Shown here one piece after another: positions 53,387-64,000 of a stretch of DNA of 64,000 bases. The translations under genes and the position numbers were made by a program. The notes under the pieces were generated by a model, which was not told the origin of the DNA, made no database searches, and was given only the letters and a program-made list of their open reading frames with translations. Origin of the DNA: Daphnia carinata (lineage: Eukaryota); NCBI RefSeq assembly GCF_022539665.2, contig NC_081331.1, positions 8,432,001 to 8,496,000 on the forward strand, in the 5' to 3' direction. How positions within the stretch are numbered: position 1 is the stretch's first letter; each line of letters begins with the position of its first letter.

Positions 53387-54532
53387 ATGGGGCGCTTGGC
53401 AAAATTCATGAAAAAATATTTTAAAGACAAACCAAAACCATATTGTTTGCCACCCCCGCAGCCAATAAGGCGGAGAAAGATCTACTTGTGGTGTGAAACC
53501 TATAGTAAGGAAATAGCATCGTCTTTAGATAAAACAGAACTTACAAGGCAAGAAACGGTATATGAACTGCTACAAGGGGAGATTAATCAAGTCGAAGATC
53601 TTTCGATGCTCCAAAACATATATCGCGACTCACTATTGAGCTTGGGTTTTCTTTCCGAAAGCGAGGCTGAACTGATGTTTGGAGGAATTGGGTCCCTCTT
53701 GCCAATCCACTGCCAACTGCGAGATAAACTATTTCAAACAATTGGACCAGACGGCCGATTTGAGAACATAGGAGAGGTGATTAAAGATTTTATACCGAAG
53801 TTAGAAATTTACGCCGCCTATTGTTCGAAATTAATCGAAGTTGAAAAACTATTGAACGAGAAAAAGTTAACCGATCCTCATTTCGAGAAATTCAAGACAG
53901 AGTGCGTAAATTCTAATTTTTCACGCCGTCTCGATTTCTGGAGCTTTTTGCATTCCCCACGATCACGCGTGCTTAAGTTACCTCTACTGCTAAAGGAGAT
54001 ACTGAAATCAACGCACGGCGACCACGATATGCTAGAAAAAAGTCTTAAAGAACTTCGTGACATTCTAGCAAGTGTTGAAAAAGCAACCGCACTTGCGGCC
54101 TGTAAAAAGGCGATTGCACAAATAGTTAGCTGTAGTAGGGCTGATCCAATACTTCAAAAAGCTACCACGTTGATATGTGACGGTTGGTTTAAAGCTGCCG
54201 ATGACGGTTTGAAGCTGCATGCCTTTTTGTTTGATAGTGGGCTAGTCCTGACCCACCAGCTCCCGAACGAGCGACTCGGAGTATACAGGACGCCGTTTGA
54301 AGCTGGCTATTTTAAACTTGTCGACTTAGACGAAAACGAAGTGAGTCCATCTAATTTAGAAATCTTCTGCAGAAGAGGTAGGACGCAAAACATTTTCCAG
54401 GTGAATTCATCGTTTTCGCATATCCAGTTAAAGACGGACGACGCGACTAAAAAGGAAATTTGGATGTCGCGTCTCGGCGAAGTTATGGCCGGTCCTTTTA
54501 ACATACTGTATATCTCTGGGAGGCGTATATAA
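53387..54532 (+). CDS. Intron-free Rho guanine nucleotide exchange factor (DH-PH), NET1/ARHGEF3-like
   Basis: Uninterrupted frame 53294-54532 with first ATG at 53387; a splice acceptor near 53292 or 53327 is possible. LWCETY...ELTRQETVYELLQGE..VEDL and FSRRLDFWSFLHSPRSRVLKLPLLLKEILKST resemble the NET1-family DH domain, followed by PH-like LHAFLFDSGLVLT ... KEIWMSRL. Confidence 0.85.
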   Translation: MGRLAKFMKKYFKDKPKPYCLPPPQPIRRRKIYLWCETYSKEIASSLDKTELTRQETVYELLQGEINQVEDLSMLQNIYRDSLLSLGFLSESEAELMFGGIGSLLPIHCQLRDKLFQTIGPDGRFENIGEVIKDFIPKLEIYAAYCSKLIEVEKLLNEKKLTDPHFEKFKTECVNSNFSRRLDFWSFLHSPRSRVLKLPLLLKEILKSTHGDHDMLEKSLKELRDILASVEKATALAACKKAIAQIVSCSRADPILQKATTLICDGWFKAADDGLKLHAFLFDSGLVLTHQLPNERLGVYRTPFEAGYFKLVDLDENEVSPSNLEIFCRRGRTQNIFQVNSSFSHIQLKTDDATKKEIWMSRLGEVMAGPFNILYISGRRI

Positions 54533-54946
54533 AGGATTTGACTCCTACGGGAGGAGTGCGAGTTTTGAATACATTTTCGTTGACGTAATGTCGAAGAGGT
54601 TCAAAAACACGTCCCCGTTTGAAAGGGTAGGTCCTTTATGGTTCTTTTTTTGTTTACCGCAGGACAAAAATGGAAGTGCAGACAGTCGGTTCAAACACAT
54701 TAAATTGACACCCTAAAGCGCAACGCTCTTTCAACTAGGGTATGTACTGTTCAGAAATGAACGATTAGCGGTGTCAAAACCAACTTGCTCAGAAAAGGAG
54801 AACGAGCGACACACGGTAACGAAAGGCGGCATATATAAAGGATTTGATTCCTACGAGAAGGGTGCGAATTTTGCGTACATTTTCGTCGACGTAATGTCGA
54901 AGAGGTTCGAAAACTCATCCCCGTGTGAAAGGGTTAGGTCCATCAT
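54529..54946 (+). repeat. Two diverged ~111-nt copies (54529-54639, 54835-54946) of a self-complementary motif
   Basis: Direct repeat with period 306 and several internal stems (see findings). Confidence 0.8.
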
Positions 54947-56765
54947 GGTCCTTTTTCGTTTACTTTGTCGTTACTCGACTTGTTTTCTCGCTGTCTTTGG
55001 TTTTGGCATTTTTTCTGATCTTTTTCTGAACAATCAACCCATCCCGTCTACAGAATTCCAATTTGCGGCCTAAAATCAACTATTTTGGTCAAATTTTCAT
55101 TGTTTTGGCTAACAAAATTCACTGTTTAGTTTTAAATTCACATGACCATGATGTGAGGAACTAACTTCCACCTCGGTTTACGGACCAAAAAGGAGCACGG
55201 GCAGGGCCTCGACAGCGCTCAACCGTGAATAATCTCATTAATCAAATCCCATCTCATTAAAGACGCTGAACAATACTTGCTCGTTCCTAGCACGATATAC
55301 AGTAACAAGTGATTCTAGCCTAATTGTTGTTGTTTACATTGTTTGAGCATTAGCTGTTCTGTCGTAAGCGGAATTCACTAATTCCGATTCCACCATTCCA
55401 TTGTTGCGTATTTCTATCCGGTGAGGAACAGCGTATGCGTCCATTACTCTTACAATAAACTATTGAAAAAAAGTGAAGAAATGAAGGAACATTGTAGGGG
55501 AGAAAGGAAGCGATTGGAACAAAAACTTATTTTTGCCAATATCGTAGCAATAATCAATTTCACTATACTGTTTTAGTACTATACGAATTTTTATCTTTCA
55601 CAACAATAGGGCACCGAAATATTTCGGTGCAATAGATTCAACCAGTAAACTTTACAAAATTCTTTGCAGGCTTGCTGGCTTGGGCCAGGACTAGAAGTAA
55701 TATGAAACCGTCCGCTACGATTGAAAACTTGAAAAGCTTCGTTCGTTTTGGGATAACATCCGCTAGATGTCGTAGATAGAATCGTTACTTCAAATCCTTA
55801 TTGGATTTGAATGTGTACTAGTTTGGTATATGATGTATCTTCTACGTTTTACAATGACTATAATAGTAAAATGTACAGAAAGAACTCCCGTGAACGTGAA
55901 ACAAATAAAAACAAGCAAATGTCACCATCTGCAAATGTCGACGCCCCTCAGCAACGACTACGGACTCTTGATGCATTCGTTACCGGACTGTTTCGATTCC
56001 GTTGTGATGAGTGGGTGTTCATAGGTTGGTCTTGAAAGAATCTGCTTTATAGACGTATGGCATTCGTATTGTAGTTTTTCCAAAATGGTAGTGCACTGAA
56101 TCGGCTCGTTGGTTTAGGCCCGATCGCCAAGTTACATTACTGATGATTTCTTTCAACTTCTATCAACCTCAACATCTCCAAAAGCTGTACGTAAAGGCCT
56201 CGAACTACGCTCATGAGACAGTTTATGTACCGTTAAGAGGGAAAATTTCATACAGTGAAACACTAACAATTGGAGAAATTTGAAAAACCATTGCTCGCTG
56301 GCAATTGCGAGTGTGCTCATCAAACGCAAGCAGCCTTCGGCAATTCTTTTTGTGTGGGAATTTAGCTATTTTCTTAACGTCAATTGTTTTCAGCCTCAAA
56401 AGAACTTCTTCGTTTGCTTACATATAAGGGGGGGAAATACAGTTTAACTTTTATAGTTCTTTTTGTTTTCTCTAACTGAATTTTTTAATGAATTGTTTAC
56501 CAAGGAATGATATTAAGTTTGTTTAAGATAAAATTCATAAAATAAAAGATTACGGCTGAACGGTTACGGTGATACTGCAAAGGGTTTTAATTGATAAAAA
56601 AAGCGGATGAGCTATTTTAAGAGCAAGATTTTGAAAAATTTTGAATTCGGTGGAATCAGGAGTTGAAAAATGGGCCAACTTTACGGACGGCTTTTTTCAG
56701 CTAATTTTCAAAATAAAAATGTAATTATGTCACGTCACGTCCCCGGCACCACGAAGAGACAGGCT

Positions 56766-58120
56766 GGTCGCGAGGCAATATGTACTACTTAGTACATAAT
56801 CGCGCCTACAGTTTTCTTTATGGGGAAAGTGTGTGTTGTCGCCTCTAGGGCTTTGATTTGGTTGCTTTAATGGTTAAACCGTTAAAGTTAAACTAGTTAA
56901 ACAAAAATGCGTGTAGCGCATGTCTTAATTTTTTTCGAAGCGAATAACATGAATTAGGTTTATATAAATTTATATTTACAATATTATGATAATGTACATA
57001 AATACTACAATATAATAAATACACATATATACAGTATATTACAAATTATACATATATATTTATACATACGTACAATTATATTTATATATTTATACATACA
57101 ATTATAATATATATATTACTATTATATGTATGTACAATAGTTATAGTAATTGAAATAAAGGAATATAAGAGAAACAATTTTTTAATTATTTGTCAGCAAA
57201 ATTAATTATGATATTCGCTGATTTAATACATAAATAATATAAATATAATATAAATCGATAGCCCTTGGTAAGGGCTATCCATTTTTAGGTAATTGTAATC
57301 AATATTTTCAAATCGAAAAAATTTTAAGCGCAAAATGTGTTTTTGTTGTTTTTCGATCTAAGGTTCTAATGGACGCAACCGATAAAAATAAAAAAATAGA
57401 TGTTACACTTAAACTCTTTCCTTTTCTGAAAATTTAACATAAATTTCATAGAATTAGATAGCTCTTAATAAGAGCTATCGATTGATGCAAAATTTGTCAA
57501 TTTTAACTGTTTAGTTTCTTCATAAATAATTATTAAAGAATTTCATGATTTTAGAAAGGAGGGGTGTGTGAAAAAGACGAAACTTTGCATTGATTGTTTG
57601 ATGCTTAATCTTCGTCAAAACAGGAAACCATTATAATATTTTTGTTCCTGGTGATTCCAGGAACAAGTTATTCTAAACGTTTACTTTTAAGCTGCTATAT
57701 TTAACCCCAAAAATTACGTTTGAAAAAGTTGTTTTTGATAAACCATTATGGCGGCCATTTTTTTACCGCGCCAAGTTCAAATTTTAAAAAGTGTAAATAA
57801 GTGTAAAAATATTTAATTATAAGTACATATTTACATTTTGTTTGTGTCTAGAAAATTTCAACATTCCGTCTTGTATTAAAAATTAAGTAAGATAATTTAA
57901 ACAAATTTATTTCATGGGTTCTCATTTAATTTACAATTTTAGGGTTCTTTTTCCACATATCCGCGTAGAAAACCACGTTTTTTTCCGCGTGGAAAAACTC
58001 CAAGCAGACAATATTAAAAAAAAAAAAACAATTGACTAACGCCCTGCGCGTTTGTCATTTACCCCATAAGAAAAAGTGCATCTGCAACTATGTACTACTT
58101 AGTACATATGTACTGAGACC
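56766..58120. mobile_element. Old non-autonomous TIR element with an AT-rich interior
   Basis: Imperfect ~60-bp inverted ends GGTC...ATATGTACTACTTAGTACATA...ATGGGG versus CCCCAT...TATGTACTACTTAGTACATAT...GACC. No TSD recognised. Low-complexity TA tract at ~56960-57260. Confidence 0.55.
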
Positions 58121-58882
58121 ATGTTGCGAAGAGAACGAAAATTAACTATGTACTTCTTTTGAAAATGATCAAGCACAGAATTGTCACTGTAAAATTTCGT
58201 ATTTTTTTTCCGACCCGTGTTCCGTCGGGTTATCGGGTTGTCTGATCGTGTAGAGAACCTGATCATAAACAATCAATTTTTAATACGAACACAGTCGATC
58301 TAACTTCTCGTTTTTAATAGAAAAATCGATTCTCAGTTGGCCAAGCATAAATCGTTTTTTAAATGATTTCTTTTAAGGTGATATTTTACAAGATGACGTC
58401 GCGTCTTTTGGATTGAACCTGACCATCCAGAAAGAATACGAACCGACCAATCGTTTTTCGGTGCGGGTTGAGCGATGCAATGACGACTGACTGGGGCCAA
58501 GACCACTTCGAAATCTGTGGCTCTGTGCCGAGCTGCCGACAGGTAGACCCACTAGGTATGTTTGTATGAAAATAAAACTAACTGTAAATATTCTGGCATC
58601 GATTTTTTACGCCGATGATTTTTTTCATGAAAGCTAAAGCCATTAGCATAAAACGAAGATTCATTAATGTCGTTTTGCAATTTACTGTGCTCTTAGTCGA
58701 TTTTGGCCTGCTTCGCAGCGCATTTTCTGGAGTCCTCTCCGCGTCGAAAGTTTTGCATTTTAGTCGAGAATCATTTCGCTTTCGCATTTTAGGCATTCCT
58801 CTCTCAGAAGCAGTTTGCAATGGAAATGGAGCGAATTCATAATCTCGCTTTGGACTACTTGCAGTATTTCTAATTAGGAAGT

Positions 58883-59416
58883 ATGAGTGTTAACATGTGT
58901 GGCAAGAAGGCTAATGTAGTTGGATCTGATGGTTTTCATAGGATGAATTTCTTGTATCAGGTACAGGTTTCTTATTGAAAAAATTCAGTTTAAAAATTTC
59001 TTTTAAATCAGGCATCTGTTGTGATGTTAAATGCTCTCCCGACTTGTCCATCATTAAGTTCCTTTTATGGTACTAATATTGTTAGTATTGGGAAAAAACT
59101 TCAACTAAAACTGTATGTTGATAAAACACAATAAAATCAAAAGTGACATCAGTAAATTTGTTTTTGAAATTTTAATACAATAAATAGGGATCCATCTTTG
59201 AAGCGAACTATGTGCAAAGGATGTAAGGTCCTTCTGATACCAGGCAAGACAGCAGAAGTTAGCATTCAGAAACCAATGACTTCAAAGAAAAAAAAAAGAC
59301 AGAAAAAGTACAATAAAATCCAAGTCTGGAAATGTCTGCTCTGTCAATGTGTGAAAAACTACATTTTAAAATCTGATTATGTATTGTGGTCAGAGCATCC
59401 AGTGCCCTCCACGTAA
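58883..59416 (+). CDS. RPP21: Ribonuclease P protein subunit p21 (Rpr2/Rpp21); exons 58883-58960, 59012-59112, 59188-59416
   Basis: FHRMNFLYQ|AS...SIGKKLQLKL|DPSLKRTMCKGCKVLLIPG...WKCLLC: Rpr2 motifs with two CxxC pairs; in-phase GT-AG introns. Confidence 0.92.
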
Positions 59417-60502
59417 CAAAAGTTTGGTGATTAAGCAATTTTGTGTAAAAAATAAATAAAATAAAAATTCTGAAAATTAATAATGGATATGGCTCAATAG
59501 TAAGGTGATCAGCAATAGTATGTTGGTAAAAATATGTTGCAAATTAAGGCATTGTGTCACTAAAACCAAAACTAAACATACAATTTAATATGAAGTCAAT
59601 CAAGTAGTGTGATGTTAGAGAAATAAGATAAGCCTTTATTGGTAGACTGGATAATGAAATTTGACTACCATGCAGCATCTACAGCATTTCTGCAAGTTAT
59701 ACATACTAAACAGATTATTACACTGATATTGAAATGCAATGTAACCGATAATTCTTGTATTTTACAATGATAACGCTGTTTAGAGAAAATACAGGCGATC
59801 AAACGTGGGATAAAAAGAATGTTCAATCCTTTCTGCTAACTTTTCGTACAAGTAGGCCTACTGCAATGTTAGAATTCCCGGATAATTGGAAAAACTATCT
59901 AGATTTGATTTTTCATTCCACTGTGCAACAAGCTCCAGCGTATAGGATCTGTTTAAGTTCAAATGAAAACAACCTAATGCTGTTGTTTTGAACTTTTGAT
60001 TTAAAGTCCAATTGCGCATTTTCCTTTCGAAAGCGCCGTTGCCTTTTGCTTTTTTTGGCACTCGTTTATGGAGAGATCAGAGAGGTAGAGAGACTTTCGT
60101 AGAGTAGTCATAGTCGATAGATCATTCTATTGACCATGGAGCAGTTATTATTATTAAAATTTTTGTAATTCTCATTCGTGAGGCTAAGAAATGAATGGAG
60201 TAATTGACTAGAGTAATTGAGAGAGCCAATACCTTTCGTCGCCCCGGGTGACGGAAATCGTAAGTTCCCAAACATTGGAATTACGCGTGTCAGTTTCCTT
60301 TAATGTAGGAGTCGGTCCGCTCCTTGAAGAACTCTGCGGATTGCAACGGCTGGAGAATATATCCCGGGGAATGAGGAGGCTGTAAACGGTATTACGGTTA
60401 CGGTTACGTTGTTAATCTCAAATGCTCGTTTTGCAGGAGATAATGGGAGTGATAACTTGCATGCGATATTACCGAAGTCTAAATGGTAATAAAAAAGTAG
60501 AA

Positions 60503-61014
60503 AGGTTAAATACTGTCCCAGTGCACACTAGTATCGTTCATACACCAACTGGCTGTTACCCTAAAAAATTAGCAATTGGTAAGTTGATGGTAACGGTCGT
60601 GCAACAGGTATGCGCTACGGTGGTCGATCTTGATAAAATGAGAACGAGCATGTATGTCTATCACTCCCCAACAAAGATCGATACGGCCGTAATACTTTTC
60701 AACATTACAGGCCCTCATCTTGGCTCGTGGAGGGGACCGAAAGGGACATGAGTATAGGCTACATGCGACACTGGCCTAGGGGATCACCCGGCCAATGCCA
60801 ATAGGTTAAACACTGATCCCAGTGCACACACGTATCTTCTTGACTCAATCGGCTTTTTACCAAAGGTAAGTAAACCAGTTAAGTCGAATGGATGGTAAAG
60901 AGCCACTCAACGAGCAGAAAGATTGTACGTGTGGCCCGTCGTGATAGTATTGCGTAGAGCATGTAGATATCACTCCAAAGGACTAAACAACAGGCCTAAG
61001 CGGCCATGGTATTT
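60503..61014 (-). repeat. Two strongly diverged ~200-nt tandem copies (60503-60697, 60803-61014) sharing short conserved blocks; candidate structured RNA
   Basis: Shared blocks AGGTTAAAYACTG(A)TCCCAGTGCACAC, GATGGTAA, GAGCATGTA..TATCACTCC and CGGCC; the sequence between blocks is dissimilar. Confidence 0.6.
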
Positions 61015-61828
61015 GAATTCATACGATTTAATTTGAGGAACTAACTTCCGCCTCGGTCTACGGACCAAACAGGAGCACGGGCAGGGCCTAGGGGGAAGTT
61101 CCCGACGGCGCTCAACCGTGAATGATATTTCTTTTGTTTTTTTTGTTTTTTTGCAGGGTCATTTGAAAAGACGCGAAACTGTCCACCTGGCTTTCTTTTG
61201 CTTTCCGAAAACGATCCAAACCGAAACCCAACAGCTCGGTGGCCCGGCGGCCATACCTTTGTGAGTCCTTTCTTTGTTCTTGTCACGTTTTAAGTTTTAT
61301 ACCTCTCCGTTGTGTACCCCCCTCGCCCATCTCTGATATCATCAAATACATTTGATTTTTGCATCACCAATAGTTTTTTAGAGCCACCACGACGGGCTAG
61401 TGTAATGTTCACTTCAATGCGTCTTTGAGTATATTTTTAGAACACACTACTTTCCAGTAGGACTGTGAAGACTGAATAGGAAATTTACAAATATGTCAAA
61501 TATTGGATTCTACAACTTGACACTAACCAAACACAATGAACTTGCATCCAAAATGCGTCGAAGTTTTGACGCTACAAGTTAATGTCTGTTCATCGTACGC
61601 TTTGGGTGGAAGTTGCTGACTTCCCGAATGATCAAATTATAAGGTGTCGGCTGCAAAATTGAAAGTGATCAAATCGCTTGCGTTAAGTATTGTATTCCCA
61701 ATCAAACGAAAACTAGTTATGCCGACAAAAGGGACTCCATGGAATTGTAAAACTTTTATATAGGAGGATATGGAAGAGCCATGCAGTCTTGCAGCATTCT
61801 AAAGGTAGCCATTTACATCCGCTGGGTT

Positions 61829-64000
61829 TTAGCCCATAACATCTGACAGCTTCTCCTCGTAACCCAATTCCTGAGAAAAATGTTATTGTTTAGTTTTAAC
61901 AGCAGAGAACTAATGATCAGTGACCCCCGCCACAAGAAAATGGGCATATTGGGTATTATAATAGCAACGGAAAACTAACCTTGATTAATTACCAAAGGAG
62001 TTGCATTCCCCAACGGAAAGGTTGACTAGACTACAGGTGGTAATGACGGCATTGGTGATTAAACGTTACAAAGTTGCCGTAGCGTATAGACTGAATTGAT
62101 ATGACAAGTTGGGATAGGCAGTGGGTGGCAAAAGGAGTTACCGTTTCAGTGCTGGATCTTGCGAACCATTTTGGGGAGATGGGAGCTTGACCATAGCTTT
62201 CATTACATGTAAGCAATGAGAGAATTGATAAATAAACAAACAAAAATTTTTATAGGGTCACTGATCTGTTCAATGGCGGCGTAGATAAACAAAAATAAAA
62301 TAAACAACTGAACAAATAGCCTCTATTGCGATACAAATGGCAGCTTTGGTACCTTCGTACAAAGCTGCATTTGAGGTTTAAAAAAAAGAATCACTAGATT
62401 TCAAGCAACATTAATTACCTTAGCAACGTAGCGTAGAAGGATCACTGAGGCCACGCCTAAGGCAAAGCTGGCTACGTAAGGAACAAAGCCAAAGCTGGGA
62501 AGTTGTCTTTTCTTCAGTAGAAAAATCAAGCGACGGATTTTTTCATCTGTATAGGGAGGATAACGATCTCTGACAAAAAAAAAAAAAAAAAATTTAATCT
62601 AAAATAAATAAATAAATATTTAAAAGAATAAGTCGATAATTAAACCTAAGCAATTGAGAAAAAAGTACACTATATACAGTCGTGCGTGAGACTATCTTAG
62701 TTGTTGTTTTCACAGATTTCACGCTTTTGAACTATCTTCTCTTTTTTTAGTGAGGCCAATAAGGTAAGTTCATAAAAAAAAGCGTGGTGTGGTAAAAAAA
62801 AAAAAAAAAGCTGTGAAAGACACTTTCATCCACAACTGTATATAAAAGATATATTATTAAACATACTTTCCAAGTGCCTCTCCCATCTTATCAAAACTCC
62901 GAATAAGGCAAGATTTCTTGTGTGTGAAAGTATCAAAGCTGTATTTCCCATGGTAGGCTCCGATTCCACTGGCCCCAACGCCTCCAAATGGCAATTCTTC
63001 GACTAGAAAATTAACAAAAATAAAAACAAAAACAACTATCAGCTTACGTACAAGGATTGGCCGAAAATTTAGCTGTATGGGCAAACATGAAGGTAAAACG
63101 TGCACAGAATTCAAAGACATCCGAAGGCAACCTGAAAACTGCAACATGACATCGTTGACACAAATCGAACCACAGCTAGTGTTTCCCGTTAAAAGATCGA
63201 TTAATTTCTTGTTTTTAGAAAAGATGTACATGCTAAGCGGCTTCTCCCTAGACCAGTGTGAAAGAAGAATACAAATTATAGAAAAGTAAAATTATCAATA
63301 ATAAAATTAACAGAAAGTATAAAAATGCATGCAGGAGAAGAAGGCATAAGTTGAACAGAATGAACTTAGGGCATCTCGGTTAGAATTGTGGATATTTCGA
63401 TGAAGCAAACTACTTAGTAGCTAGGGAGTTAAAAAGAAGAATAGACTTAGTCATCCAATTCGACGAATGGAGGCAATAGGAATGGGTAGAAGATCGACTA
63501 CTGTTGTGCGAGGAACACAGAAAATCATAATGATCAATATCTCACCGGTAAATTGCATCATCGTGTCATTGACGCAAACACTACCACAAGATGTTTCCTC
63601 TAAAAAGGCTTGCTGAGTTTTCGCACTCCGCGAGAAGATATATATCGTCAAAGCTTTCTCTCTATGTAAGGACAAAGGAAATGTTGTTGGTAACATAATT
63701 TCTAAAACGTTGCTTTTCCGAAACAATGAAGCCACGTCAACTATAATATTTAACCTAGCAAGGTTATTGTAAAATACGAATCTTCGCATACCAAATAATG
63801 GAGGATGTTAAAATGGGACAAAAAGGTGCCAAAACTTTGTACCGTGCATTGATGAATTGAATCGCATCATAGGCACTTTCTACTTCTAATATGGGTAGAA
63901 TAGGCCCAAATATTTCTTCTTGCATTACGGGATCGGTTGGTTTTACGTCAATCAAAACAGTTGGTTCGATCCATAGGTCATCAGCGTCAACTTTGCCTCC
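61829..64000 (-). CDS. Aldehyde dehydrogenase family 3 (fatty aldehyde dehydrogenase-like), 3' part; runs off the window end
   Basis: [70 protein letters not shown] and a C-terminal hydrophobic anchor ([15 protein letters not shown]). Exons >64000-63843, 63661-63546 or 63247-63132, 63002-62867 and 62569-62419; the last exon is uncertain (61870-61829 preferred). Confidence 0.92.

Larger units (their letters stand above)
51183..55643. mobile_element. Non-autonomous Mutator/Foldback-like DNA transposon carrying a host gene (Pack-MULE-like), 4461 bp
   Basis: 33-bp TIR with 2 mismatches (GGT[A/T]GAATCTATTGCACCGAAATATTTCG[T/G]TGC). 9-bp TSD AGTAAACTT (51174-51182, 55644-55652). Subterminal repeats CTATTG..CCGAAAT.TTTCGTTGCA at the left end. 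No transposase seen. Confidence 0.88.

Noticed and set aside
60422..60751. 109-aa ORF on +
   Set aside because: No recognisable homology, and the frame is not preserved in the second repeat copy.
61034..61123. RNase P/MRP RNA or a twister/HDV ribozyme near RPP21
   Set aside because: The diagnostic conserved cores could not be matched; left as an unclassified motif.

Overview
Eukaryotic, AT-rich arthropod-like DNA with many very short GT-AG introns. The style is consistent with a cladoceran such as Daphnia, but that is inference. The supplied ORF track is mostly exon fragments and antisense shadows. Left half (1-39.0 kb): a recently amplified ~10-11 kb unit carrying a head-to-head pair of R&R (chitin-binding) cuticular protein genes plus cuticle pseudogene pieces. 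It is present as direct tandem copies and one inverted copy beside a 100-N gap. Also in this half are a 5'-truncated Gypsy element, a hAT MITE, a full-length but degenerate BEL/Pao retrotransposon, a second BEL fragment and a solo LTR. Right half (39.7-64 kb): a compact housekeeping block, MARF1 (-), RGP1 (+), INO80C (-), RPP21 (+) and the 3' part of an ALDH3-family gene (-). Most notable are (1) a 4.46-kb non-autonomous Mutator-like element (TIRs, 9-bp TSD) carrying an intact, intron-free NET1/ARHGEF3-like RhoGEF ORF, inserted 37 bp upstream of the INO80C start codon; (2) several duplicated, apparently base-paired motifs (candidate structured RNAs) inside that element and in a related segment at 60.5-61.4 kb; and (3) a pair of 116-nt mutually exclusive exons in the ALDH3 gene.
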